Program-made: the position numbers and the translations under genes | Part shown: positions 52,212 to 64,000 of the stretch, piece after piece | Layout: every line of letters begins with the position of its first letter | How positions within the stretch are numbered: position 1 is the stretch's first letter | Origin: Callorhinchus milii | Lineage: Eukaryota | Direction of reading: 5' to 3' | Length of the DNA: 64,000 nt | Assembly: GCF_018977255.1 (NCBI RefSeq) | Contig: NW_024704742.1 | Coordinates: 83,640,001-83,704,000 of the forward strand | The notes under the pieces: model-generated | The model's input: only the letters and a program-made list of their open reading frames with translations | The model's database searches: none | What the model was told of the DNA's origin: nothing

Positions 52212-52795
52212 AAACAACAAAATTACATTTGTATAGTGCCTTTCACGTCGGGAGGATGTCCCAAGGCGCTGGACAGAGTTTCTGACCCGAGCTGGGGGTC
52301 GGGGAGGGTGGAGAGGCGGGTGATCAAAAGCACGGTCAAAGAGGAGTGTTTTGAGATGGGTCTTGAAGGAGGCAAGGGAGGGGGCGAGGCAGAAGGACTG
52401 CGGGATGGAGTTCCAGAGGGTGGGGGCAGAGTGGCAGCAGGCCCACCTGCCGATGGTGGGGCAGGTGAGGGGGGATCATGAAGCAGGCCAGCGCCCACTG
52501 AGCGGTGGGAGCGAGCAGGGTGGAAGCGGGTTAGAAGGTTGCAGAGGTTGGGGGAAGCAAGACCATAGAGGGCTTTGAAGGTGAGGACCATAGTCTTGAA
52601 CTGTATCCTTTGTGTGATAGGAAGCCAGTGGAGTCAGGCGAGGTTGGGGGTGATAGGGTCACAGAGCCTGGTGCGGGAGAGGACACAGGTTGTTCTGGAT
52701 GATCTGCAGCCAGGAGGAGTTGGGGAGGCCGACAAGCAAGGAGTTTGCATAGTCAAGTCTCGATGTAATGAAAGCGTATATGCAGATTTCGGTGC
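52212..52795 (-). mobile_element. L2 3' fragment
   Basis: LTFKALYGLASP; reverse tail TTTCACGTCGGGAGGATGTCCCAAGGCGCTGGAC. Confidence 0.82.
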
Positions 52796-55700
52796 CTGGA
52801 AGTCTGAAACGCCTCAAAGCACTTCAAAGGGACTGTTGTCAAGAGTAGTGACTGCATTTGTAAGAAAGCATATATGCAGCCAAGGTGTGCAAAGCAATGT
52901 CCCACAACTAGCCATATAGTGAATGATTAATTTATCTGAAAGATTGTTGTCCAGTGGATCTTTAATGTCCACTTGAACAGGCAGAAGGAACCTCAGCGTA
53001 ATTTCCCATTCAAAGGATGGCTATTCTGACATTGCAGCATTCCCCGGTACTCTTGACTGAATGTCAGAAACGAGCACTTCAAATAAGCTGCCTGAAAGTA
53101 TAGAGGTTATATAAACAAATGTAGCAACAATGTCCCACAAACAGAAAATGAGATGAACAATCAACTGTTTGGTTAATATTGGCAAGGCAGCGGAATTTTT
53201 TGTTTTTTTTGGTCAGCCGGGTGTCTGACACATGCAGAAACCCATCACCATGCTTAAGAGTATCCAAACCAAACTGCGAGTTCCATGCATCCCACCTACA
53301 CATGGAAATTCCAGAGATAGATTGTTGGAATGAAGTGCGCACTCTCTCCCTGGAGGGACATATCCTGCTTCCCTAATTCCAGAAAATATTAGGCACAGGT
53401 TGAGAAAAGCCAAAGTTTGGGAGCCCCAGAGTGTGTGTTGGGGTACTGCTGGAGTCTAACCAGCTAAAAACGCATAGCATGCCATTGCTATCACTAGCTA
53501 TGATCACCTACCCGTTGGGGCTTTGGCTTGCAGGGTTAGCAATTCAACCTACAATTTACAGTATATCCTGTGAAGCGCTTTGAGACATCCTCCAGATGTG
53601 AAAGGTACTACACCAAATGTAAGGATCATTATTAATCTCTGCCCCAGTGACTGATCTGCCCTTTCAAGTCCTGCTGATGGCCCAGGCTGGCTATGCTGTC
53701 TTCAGCAGTGCCCTGGAATACTGTGGACCCACATGGCTTGGATCCACTTCAGCTCCAAGGAGACCCCAATTACACCCCACCCACCACCAGAAAGAGGACC
53801 GTCATCAGTTGGTCTTTCGGCATCTGACAAGTGCGGGTTTGTGCCCTCACTAGATGACTGGTAGGTATCAGGAACTTCCTGCCAGCTGGTATATGCTTAA
53901 GAGTATCCAGAAAGTTACCTGCTCTTCAAAACAATTCCAAGGGAACCATAACCTTCAATTGAACAAGCAGATAGTACCATTGCTTAATATTCAACATGAG
54001 GGATCGTACTTCTTCCGTACTTCACTGCAATCCCATCCTAACATTTAAACTTCATTCTTGGTGCTTGAATTCACAATCTTGTGACTCATTTTCTTTTATT
54101 AATTTTATATTCAAATTATATTTATGCCCCGATTCAGAATTGCAGAGGCATATTACTAAATGCTCTGAGAAAATGCCACAACACAAACAGCAGATACAGT
54201 TCTAACTATAAACACTGTATTATAAAGAGCTGTTCCCAATTCATAAATGATGCTGGTTACAGCAATGAATTAAGGCAAAGACAAGCGATTGAAATTGTAA
54301 TTGTCTCAGGCCTAGTGAATATGAACCCTCGAAGCCCATTAAAAGTAAGTAACACTCCAAGAAATGACTTGAGAATAACCTCAATTCCCAATTCCACTCA
54401 CCCCATGCCCCTTCCAGGAAAGAAAATCCAGTCAATGTTACTCCTGAAGAACCAATCCCACTTGCTAATGGGTCTCCTAGTATTCACTTGGGTGTTTTCT
54501 TTTCTTAATTTTACATTCAAATTATATTCATGCGCCAATTCAGAATTGCAGAATGAGTCCCAAAAGACTAGCCATATTCTCCAGAGCAATCAATGTAACA
54601 TTATGTTGATATTCTCTGCTAGGCTGTGGGAAAATTCAGACCACAAAGTGGAGTGCATCAACAATGCTGTACCACAACGCCATATTGTAACAGTAGTCAG
54701 ATATAGGCATCAAACAAAAATTGAAGTGTGCACATATATATTCTATTGGGCAGCACGGTGCTATATTTCTGGGGACAATAAATGAAATGGGGCTATCGGT
54801 TTCTCAGTTAACAATGCATTCCTGCTGGTTGTTAAAGCATTACATGGGACAGTTTTAGTTCAATATTTTAATACAATAGTTTTATTGTGGAGTCCTGTGG
54901 TGTTTTAGTTAAGAGCACTTGCCTCACAAGCGAGAGGACCCGTTTCGATCTCTGGACGCTACAACACCTTAGGAAAGTTTCCTTGTGAAGTTTGTCAAAA
55001 TAATAATCATTGAATTCCAAATGTACACCTATTTATTGTATTATGTTCAGTGTTGCAAAAGCAAGTCAGTGGTGATTATTGGTTTAAATAAGAAGCCTGA
55101 AGCTGGTGAATGCCTTGTTTAGCACATTCTCCATTTTAGAAATTCAATAATGACGATAAACTTCTGATAACTGATGATCACACATTCACCCACAAAACAT
55201 AGCACAATTCAACCTACAATTTACAGTATATCCTGTGAAGCGCTTTGAGACATCCTCCAGATGTGAAAGGTACTACACCAAATGTAAGGATCATTATTAA
55301 TCTTATTATACTTCAACTTTGAATCACTTAAGATGATTATTTTTGAATCATTTCAGGTGAATTCATCTCAGTCCTATATTAATTTCGGTACATGGATCCA
55401 CAACACTGTAAACACAACTAAACTCACTAAACTCAGCATACAGGCCTCGTTATCACAAACATTTATTCTCACGACAGCAACTTCCAAATGACTGGTCACA
55501 GATATGCTCTTTCAATTAATTTGCATGTGTTGTAGTGATTTGTTTAACACCAAAATAAAACACTTCATGGTTGCTTGATGTTTATTGCCCATCAAGTTAT
55601 GGTTAAAATTGCAAATGCGTTTTGAGAATATTGTGTTTTTGACTCTCCTCTTTCACTCGATGTTGTCATAGTGCACGGCAGGCACTGCGAGGGGAGGGTA

Positions 55701-58089
55701 ACAAATGAATTTCATAAAGAGCATATTACATGGATTGCACAGTGAGCATACTACGTAAGATTTGCTGATATCCCTGGTTATTAGTGGACGGTTGTGCTGA
55801 TGGTCGTAACCACTGTATTTTATGGTGACTTCATAAACTGCCACTCTATAAAGGGTTAAGCGTGTGCATCCAGTCTTAGATACCTAAACATGAGCAATCC
55901 TTTCCTGGTTTCCTCTTCGTTGTTATTTATTTATTTAAGGTTTAAAAAAAAGTTTTAAAAGTTTTTTTAAGGTTTGTAAATGATCACATCACGCTCGAAC
56001 ATCAAACACATATTTAGAGTGGATCTCAAGTGGTTTCAAGTGACCGGAAAGGGAACTGGAAATAAACGCCTCACCCGATGACAAAATGCACAGACTCGGA
56101 CAGCAATGACAATTCAAACATCGACTGTGAGAGAATGGCAATCACACAGCCCAAGATTGGATTTCTCCTCACCCACCAAAAAATGGGACAAGTTTGATAT
56201 AATATCGAGTTCACCTAAAATGAAGATGCCTTAATTGGCATTTCTATTTTTTTGCTCACGATGCATCTCTACATTTTAAAATTTGGATTAAAAATAAACA
56301 AATCTCACTTAAAACACTCCAATGCACTGTTGGGGGAGCGCTGCATTGTTGGAGGTGCAATCAATCAAATGAAATGTTAAATTGAGGTCCCATTAAGAAG
56401 GATTATTATGCTAAAATATAACGGGATCAAATGTGTTGTGCCTCATTTAACACCAATGTAAACCAACAGGTGGCAGCACACTGCTCCAGATAAATGTGTT
56501 CTTCCTTCCCAGGTCCGACTTGGCATCAACCAAACAAAAAAAAGCTTTTATGTTTTTAAAAATCAGAAGAGAACAAATTTTTAAATTTGAGATTCTAACA
56601 TTTTTTTTTGCTAGACAGTTCATTGTCTCAGTTGGATCTTTGAAGAGGGCCAAAATATGGCTTTAACCTGACCGTACTTTAGCTGAACTATGACCGTTAG
56701 CTCAAAATATCAACCTCATCGCGTCACAATCAACAGCAAAGATTCACTTGATGTTAATGCATACCAAAATACAAGCACTCAGCCCTCCTCAGCCCCTCTA
56801 CCCCCTCACACACACTTATTTTCTAAAGAGGTTCTTAGATTTCACATATTCCAACCTTACATAGTGCAGTCTCTGACTTAAGCAACTGAAAAGGTCAGGC
56901 CTCAGAAAGCACACTTCCAACCTAAAGATTCCTGACAGTATTGTTGACTCCAGATAAACAAAGTACTACTCTGACCTGGCTTTAGAATATCAATGTCACA
57001 CACACACACACACACAATGTGCTCCCGTTGTATTGAATGACGGAACAAGCATGAAAATAAAGAATTGTGATACATATAAATGTCCCTGTTATGCATCTGT
57101 GCATTGCTGAGCGCTGTGAAGGGTGAATTTAATCAGGCTGTGCCCAAAGCACACCATCATTCTACCAGCACACTCACTTTTCTAATAAAAAAAAACCTTG
57201 AATTGTTCATTGTTTGAACAGATTGAAATCTTATTGACCCTTCAATCCACTATTGTTAATTGTATATTGATACACACAGCCAGCAATTTATGGGTTAACC
57301 GGCTGGAGGACAAAGATCCCTTGATTGGTTACATTTATCCAGTTAATACTGCAGAAATACTGACTCAACTGTCAGTCATTTTGCATTCATTCAGTCCCTA
57401 GATTACAAAATAATCCAGATAAACAATGCAGCTGAGTCTTACTCCCAAGTTTGAGGCATTTTGAACGATGAGCATTTACGATAGAGCGCAAAGGAAATAG
57501 ATCTCCCAGGTACACCCAATAGAGAGACAGAAAACTCGAGGCTCGGGCTCCTGCGACCTCTTTGTTTACACTGGATGCTTCCTGGTATCAGACTGCATCG
57601 TTTGAACCACAATCCAGAACCAAGGCACGAGCACGCCGCTGGGTTCCTGATGAGTGCTCCCACTAGAATTGCTCAGGAAGCTCAGTGCTAATCATTACCT
57701 GTCCATTCTCGGTAGCTAAACGCTTACTCCACCTCCTGAATACCCTTTCTAATTGGGGCTGAAAAGAGAGAGGAATAAAGAGTGGGACACACTCGTCAAC
57801 TGAAGTGTTCTGGTGCGTGTGGAAGGTTTGCTGCTGACAACAGGAAAAGCACAAGTGGCTTAAAAAGCCACCACGGCCATTTTGTCCTACTATTTAAGAT
57901 GGTGCGGAATTTGGGGGGAGATTCTGAAATTCAATCATAATTTGGAAGCGTTTTTATCCACAGCCTTTAAAAGGAGTGGTGTCCAAATGAAAACCCGAAT
58001 TTAAGGGTTTTCTACAATTCCGCAATTTTAAGCTTCAAGGCAAAAATGATTTTAGAGCTATATAATACAAGGTGATGTAACTAGTGTTA

Positions 58090-58311
58090 TGTGCCCCCAC
58101 CCTTTGGAATTCCATCCCAGTCCCTTCACCTTGCTCTCTCCCTTGCTTCCTTCAAGGCCCATCTAAACACTCTCCTCTTCAACCATGCCTTCGACCACAC
58201 TCCTACCCCTATCCTCCATCACCCCATTAGCCCAACCCCATGCTCGGGTCTGTCCAGCGCCTTGGGACGTCCTCCCGATGTGAAAGGCACCATACAAATG
58301 TGGTTGTTGTT
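58090..58311 (+). mobile_element. L2 3' tail fragment
   Basis: C-rich body plus GGGACGTCCTCCCGATGTGAAAGGC tail. Confidence 0.75.
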
Positions 58312-58686
58312 AGGTGAGATATCAGGCCTCTAAACTCACCCAATAAGTTTTAGAGCTCTACCATGCCCAGCCCAAACATTGTGGTGAAGTCGCAGAAGAC
58401 GAGCAGATATTGTCTGTTGTCGTTTTTGTTTCCATGTTGTCAGCTATTACAGGAAATGGAGTGCAGCGTCGAACACTACACCAACCACCCCCACAGATTG
58501 TATCCAGCAACCTCAAACCCAAAGTATAAACAAGATTTTAAAAATAGACTCCGTAAGGTCAAGTGCAACAATAATACATTCTTCAAATTTAAGGTTCTGC
58601 GGTGTAGGCCGAGAAAGGGAGGGGTGGGTGGGGGGAGGTGAAAGGAGATGAGGACCTGGGACCTTCTAAAGGAAGATTCATACAAT

Positions 58687-59008
58687 ATAATAATAATAAT
58701 CCTTGCATTTTATATAGCGCTTTTCACATCGGGAGGACGTCCCAAAGCACTTCACAGAACACACTGTAAAGTGAATTGACTATTTTTGTGGGCAAACGCG
58801 GCAGCCAATTCCGCACAGCAATGTCACACAAACAGTCGTAGATTGAAAATGACCAATTTATTATTGTTTTTTGGGTTTTGGAGGGATTATTATTAGGCTC
58901 TGTGTGGAGTAAGGAAACTTGCCCAAGGTTTCGCCCTCTGCCTGGAATTGAACTCAGGTCTCTCACTTGCAAAGCGAGTGCTCTAACCACTGAGCTACAG
59001 GACTCCAC
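58687..59008 (-). mobile_element. SINE, same family, young full-length copy
   Basis: Reverse complement of the 42360 copy. Confidence 0.9.
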
Positions 59009-62000
59009 AAATAATTTATTTATATAAATAAATAATATCAAATTATTCACTTGATGTTTTCCAAGCATTTATGAAACATCCACATAAGTGGTGTTTAAAT
59101 GCCCACTGGATAGTAATTAGAAGTAGAAGCTCTGGCTGACTTTTTAAAATACATAGGGAAGCTGAGAACCAATTGTAGCTCTCATTTCACTGCTCCCAGT
59201 TGAGATCAACTGAAACAACAGAGACCTGAAGACAAAACACTCCAAGGTCCTCCAATCCATCATGGAAGCCAGCTCCAGTTTTGACTAATGAAGAGCTTGA
59301 GAAAGAACATCATCCAGAATAGTGCTTTAATGTTATCGTACTATTGTACACACCAAATGCAAAGCTGTCAAACCAGGTTGTTGTTACCTTGTTGCTGCAG
59401 TAGGCATTTTGAAGTGAATTGAATGGGGGATACAGATCAGTAATTCATGCAAAATAAATTGATCTTGTCTCTTCACTCAGTTGCTGTGCAAATGTATCCT
59501 GCATATTTTTTTTTGTGTGTGTGTGAATATTCATGTAATGTTGCAGATTCATTTTGTTTTTTTGGAAACCAAAAGAAGCTTGATTTAGTTTTTACTGTAG
59601 GTGTGTGTGTGGGTTTGGTATGTGGGTGATACTGGGGCAGATATCAAGCTCCCCGATTCAACAAAGTCTGCAGTTGAGCTATAAACCTCTGAACCCAAGC
59701 TAAAAAAAAACACCAGCTACAGTTCAGATGCTGCAGAAGATACATCAGAATGCAGAAGCCCAAGCACATAACTTGAGGTGTAGTCTGTAATAAGTCTAAA
59801 AATCTTTTTTACTTCAGTTCATCAAAATATATCAAAAGAAAATCAAAGTGCATCATTTCAATTTTTAACCTAGATGGATCACTGAAAGGTGGACACAGTT
59901 TCTCCAGCAGCTATAAAACCCTTCCAGATTACTGCAGTAAAGCGCTCTGGGCCACTGTGAAGGGCATTGTATAAATGCAAGTTGTTGCTGTAAATTCAGC
60001 GTACCTGTCCAAGCTGTTTTACACTCTCAATTCACGTTCGCTCCTAAACACAGTCACTCCACCTTACAGGATATCCTGTGAAGCACTATTAGACTTTCCC
60101 ACGACATGAAAAGTGCTGTACCTAATGCAAGGATTATTTATTTATTTTCCCAGGTTTTATTTTCCCGACTTGCTAATTTTATTATTTTTGCTTCATTCCG
60201 CCCCTCTTTCAAGGTATGCCTCTTTGACCGTGCTATCAATCATCTTTCCCCTTCCTCTCTCCCCTCACTCTGCTCTCGATCCAGAATTGTCAAGCTCTTT
60301 GGGAAATCCTCCGACATGAAAGGCGCTATATAAGTGTTGAATTGGATTATGCATTTCCAAAAAGGATGAGTTTATGTTTAAACATTTTCTTAAAAAATGT
60401 TGATAACCAGATGCTGCATTAAAACGCTGGTGTTCTTGTTTATGGTATTAAAGGTTCCTTTAAAAGACTGACATTTTCAAAACACGCTAGTCTTTTTAAA
60501 TTCAACATCACTTTCCAGGCAAATCAGTATTTTTTTTAAAAATATTTTTAAATCTCTTTTAAGGCAATTACTCATTTGGAAAGGAACTACAGCACCAATG
60601 GATTTTTTTAAAATCAATATTGCAGCTGATAAGACTGATTCACTAACGTAACATTGCACCTCCCAAGGTACCCGGTGTATGTCCTCAAGCTCAGTTGAAG
60701 GCGCCTCTTACTCAGTGATTCACATACAATTTATTCACAAAATGTCCGTCCCTTGCATGGAACAGGAAACCTGCTCGAGAAAATGGGAACACATTTTACA
60801 CTGAAGAGCTGGGAGGACTTGTGTCCGAAAATGCTAGAAGCTTTAATAATCTGGTCTTAAGAGTATTCCTTGAAATGTCAGAGCGCATTCATTGACAACA
60901 ATCCTTGCATTTGACATAGAGCTTTATCACACCGTGAAAACGTCTCAACGCGCTTCACAGGATTTTACTGTGAAGTCTAGTGACTGTGTATTGGTAAGCC
61001 TCTATATCTATTACTCAAGCCTATTTTTACCTGCCCAATGTTAACCTATTGGCTGAGCAATTATTTTACATAATTTACGTATTAAATAATTCTTTGAATG
61101 ATTAAATAATGATTTCATTGACGTGCGTTAAGCACATTTAATATGAACAAGCCTTCCGGAAAATGCCTAGCGATCATAGAAACGCCACTGACGTTTTAAA
61201 AAACATTTTTATCCTGCTGATAAGTTAAGCACACGAGTTCCAACCCCAGACTCTGCACAGCACTGATTACCTAGCACTCCACCTTGTAGATAAATTGGTG
61301 TCCAAGTTTTTTTATTACACGGATATTATGGCACAATAATGGTTGTTCCAGAGCGGCAGTCACAAGGTAGGTTTCTCTGCCAGCCTGAACGTCTAAGCAT
61401 AAATTTCTTCTTGTATGAACCAGTTTTCACAGAAGTCTCGCCGTAGCCTATAGGCTTGACCGGAGCTTAACAAACACAGCAGTAATATTTTGTGACAAAT
61501 AACTGAAAATTTTCCCCTCATTATTCTATAAAATGGCAGCAACCAGACGAATGAAATAATGTCATTTCATAGTTATTTTACCGATACATGACAGGAAGTA
61601 TAAAAGGCCTATTTCTTTTTTTAAAAAAATATACAATTGGTGCACTGAACTTATGAATGTAATGGTTCTTTATGCTGTTGCTGGTTTAAAATCCTCTAAT
61701 TTGTTCAAAATTAACAAAGAAGCATTTTGACAACATGCAGCACATCAGTTTAATTAATGAGAAAGATGGGTGCACACGGCAGACCAGATTTCATGTATGA
61801 TTTTCACAGTAATTTTTGCAGATTTATTTCAGCCTGTTATGCAAGGCTCCTTGTTTTTAACACATGGGAATAAAAATAATATGGGTTTAGTCATGAGTTG
61901 CGGCAAGAACAGAGCTGCACTATCTGCTATCACAGAGAAGACACGGGCTACCCCACTCTGCTCCGCACTGCTGCACAGTGATTATGCAAGAAAAATAAAT

Positions 62001-64000
62001 AGGAAAAGAGGGAAGAGAGAAAAATTTAACATAAGCTAAGAGCAAAGTGTTACCCCATGAACATTGTGATGAGACGTAGCTCTGGCAAATATACACATGA
62101 ATTCAGTTATATACAGATGCAGAAACTGTAATTTAAAGGGGAACTTCCCACAGCTGTGTGTTTTTTTTAAAAACAGGATAAAAATAACTCCTCACTTGTG
62201 TTATTGTGATCTGTAGATTTTATCTTAATCCTACACGATTCAGAAGCACAACCACAACTTGCATTTATGGAGCATTCTTCATGTGGGATAACTGGGCTAT
62301 ACTTGGATGGGATTGGATTCCGAGCAAGGGAGAAATTGAAGAGTAGGCGTGATTGAAGAGGTAGACTTTCAGGCAAGATTTAAAGACCAATAGAGGAGAG
62401 AATTTCCAAGGTTAGGGCCTCCTCGGATTGTATTACTGATCTGCACTCGGCAAACCCAGCACTATAAATGTAAATCATTTAGGATTTTATCTCTAAGGGG
62501 TTAAAACTATAGACTTTTTAAAAGAAAGTCTTGTGTCTAAAGGTAAGGAAGGTAAGGAAGATGATTGTGAGATTTGGTTAAAATGGTCATTGATTTTCAA
62601 GCAACTGGATTATCATCTGAATGTTCGCAGATTGCCACAATATATCAACTAGCATTTGTATGGCGCCCTACACATGGGGAGTGTCTTAGTTTAACAGGCA
62701 GAGCTTGACACTGGGGAGAGGTGAGATGACCATAGGCACAGTCCAAGATGCGATCTGAAGACTTGACAAAGCAGAGGGATCAAGGCAGAGAGTTCCAGAG
62801 TCTCGGAGCACAGTGACAAACCACAGCTGCGATGGTGGAGTGGAGGGGACGAGGGCTTGGAGAAGGCCGGAGCCAAATGTTCTTAATATTAAAAGAAATC
62901 ATTCCTCCCCTTTCCACACTTGTGTACAACCACCAATTCCATCAGGGAGCAGAGCCGAGCAACTTAAAATATCAGTTCTGACGCTGATTGTAAATAGGAC
63001 CAACTCCATTTACATTTTCAATCAGATGTGTTTAGTGCTCCATATTCGAACCCTACAAGACACACACAGTGTTTCCTATTTGCAGACTAGTACACTTGAG
63101 TAGGCTAATCAAAATTGGTAGTCACTATGGTTACGGCAAAAAATGCTTTAAGGTCATCAAGGAAACATACAGACTGAGGGCCGTGAATTTTCAGTCAGAT
63201 TAAGAAGGGCAAATTGATACAGTGCAAATACAAAATTACTCAATGCTTTTCTGTTGCCTTAACATCATTGTCAATTCAATTCATTTATTTTCACTGCACC
63301 ATTCCCAGCAAGGTGAACGACACTACATGCAGATAGGTCTTTTTTGGGGGGGAAGAGAGGAGTTGGGAAAGAGGTTAAAGAGGGAAACAAAATTCATAGG
63401 GAATGGAAACTACTCCGAATAGCTAGCTCAAATGCAATTTTTTTCATTATATTATGGGGCAATGTCAATGTGATTCAAAAACCTTCACAAACATTGTGGA
63501 TTTTTAAAAAAATGCTTTTAAAATAAATGTTAATTGCTGTTATTTTCTTTCTTTCTCCACCAAAAACATATTTTATCTGGAGTATGTGGTTTCAGCTTCA
63601 ATCTGTCCTTTAGCTTAGCTTCAGGTACAGAATGATTCTCCCATGAAACACAATCAGGTCACTTTACAATATATCCTGTGAAGATTCTGGGACCTCCTCC
63701 TAACGTGCAAGACGTTTTACCAAATAAGGATTATTATTAAATTGTGTGACAGTGTGAACAGGCAGGCACTGCTATTTCTCTGATCTTTGCACAGAATCAA
63801 AACTTCCACCTACTGTTCCTGGGAAAAAAAACTGCTTAAAACCAACACGATTCTGCCTGGAAAGGGAGAGGGGAATAAAAAATAAAACCACAGCACATTT
63901 ATTGGGCTGCTTCAACAAGCGAAAGAAAGATACTAAAAAATGGAAGATAAAATCTTTTTTTAAAAAGAGTTTAAAATTTTGCTCTCTGTAATTAATCTAG

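Noticed and set aside
54081..54785. 234-aa + strand ORF
   Set aside because: No recognisable domain, non-ATG start, AT-rich, contains a local duplication and is antisense within a UHRF2 intron.
51686..64000. Upstream UHRF2 Tudor/UBL exons
   Set aside because: Looked by eye for PRART / GFW.DAEI-type motifs on - and found none. They probably lie beyond 64000.

Overview
Vertebrate genomic DNA, most likely a cartilaginous fish (shark or chimaera). That is inferred from the tRNA-Ala/Deu-domain SINEs, the L2 and CR1 LINE fragments and the protein divergence. Two spliced genes converge tail-to-tail. On + are the last ten coding exons of glycine decarboxylase GLDC (2819-27180; exon sizes 76,126,150,113,142,112,96,173,81,144, all GT-AG and in phase). 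On - are the last twelve coding exons of UHRF2 (51685-38200: end of TTD, PHD, SRA, RING). The GLDC-UHRF2 neighbourhood is the same as at human 9p24. Introns and the ~9.5 kb intergenic gap are filled with a young tRNA-Ala-derived SINE sharing its 3' tail with an L2 LINE, plus L2/CR1 fragments, TA-flanked Tc1/mariner-type MITEs and a 1.8-kb 17-bp minisatellite that creates the long artefactual ORFs. The most notable observations are: a 1-nt frameshift in a UHRF2 exon; a candidate micro/poison cassette exon and a recursive-splice-type junction in the UHRF2 SRA domain; UHRF1-like motifs in this UHRF2; a splice-site-rich minisatellite just after a GLDC donor; and inverted repeat pairs bracketing the UHRF2 PHD-SRA exons. 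I found no convincing evidence for a wholly new gene system. Repeat boundaries are approximate, and comparisons to human proteins are from memory, not from alignments run here.
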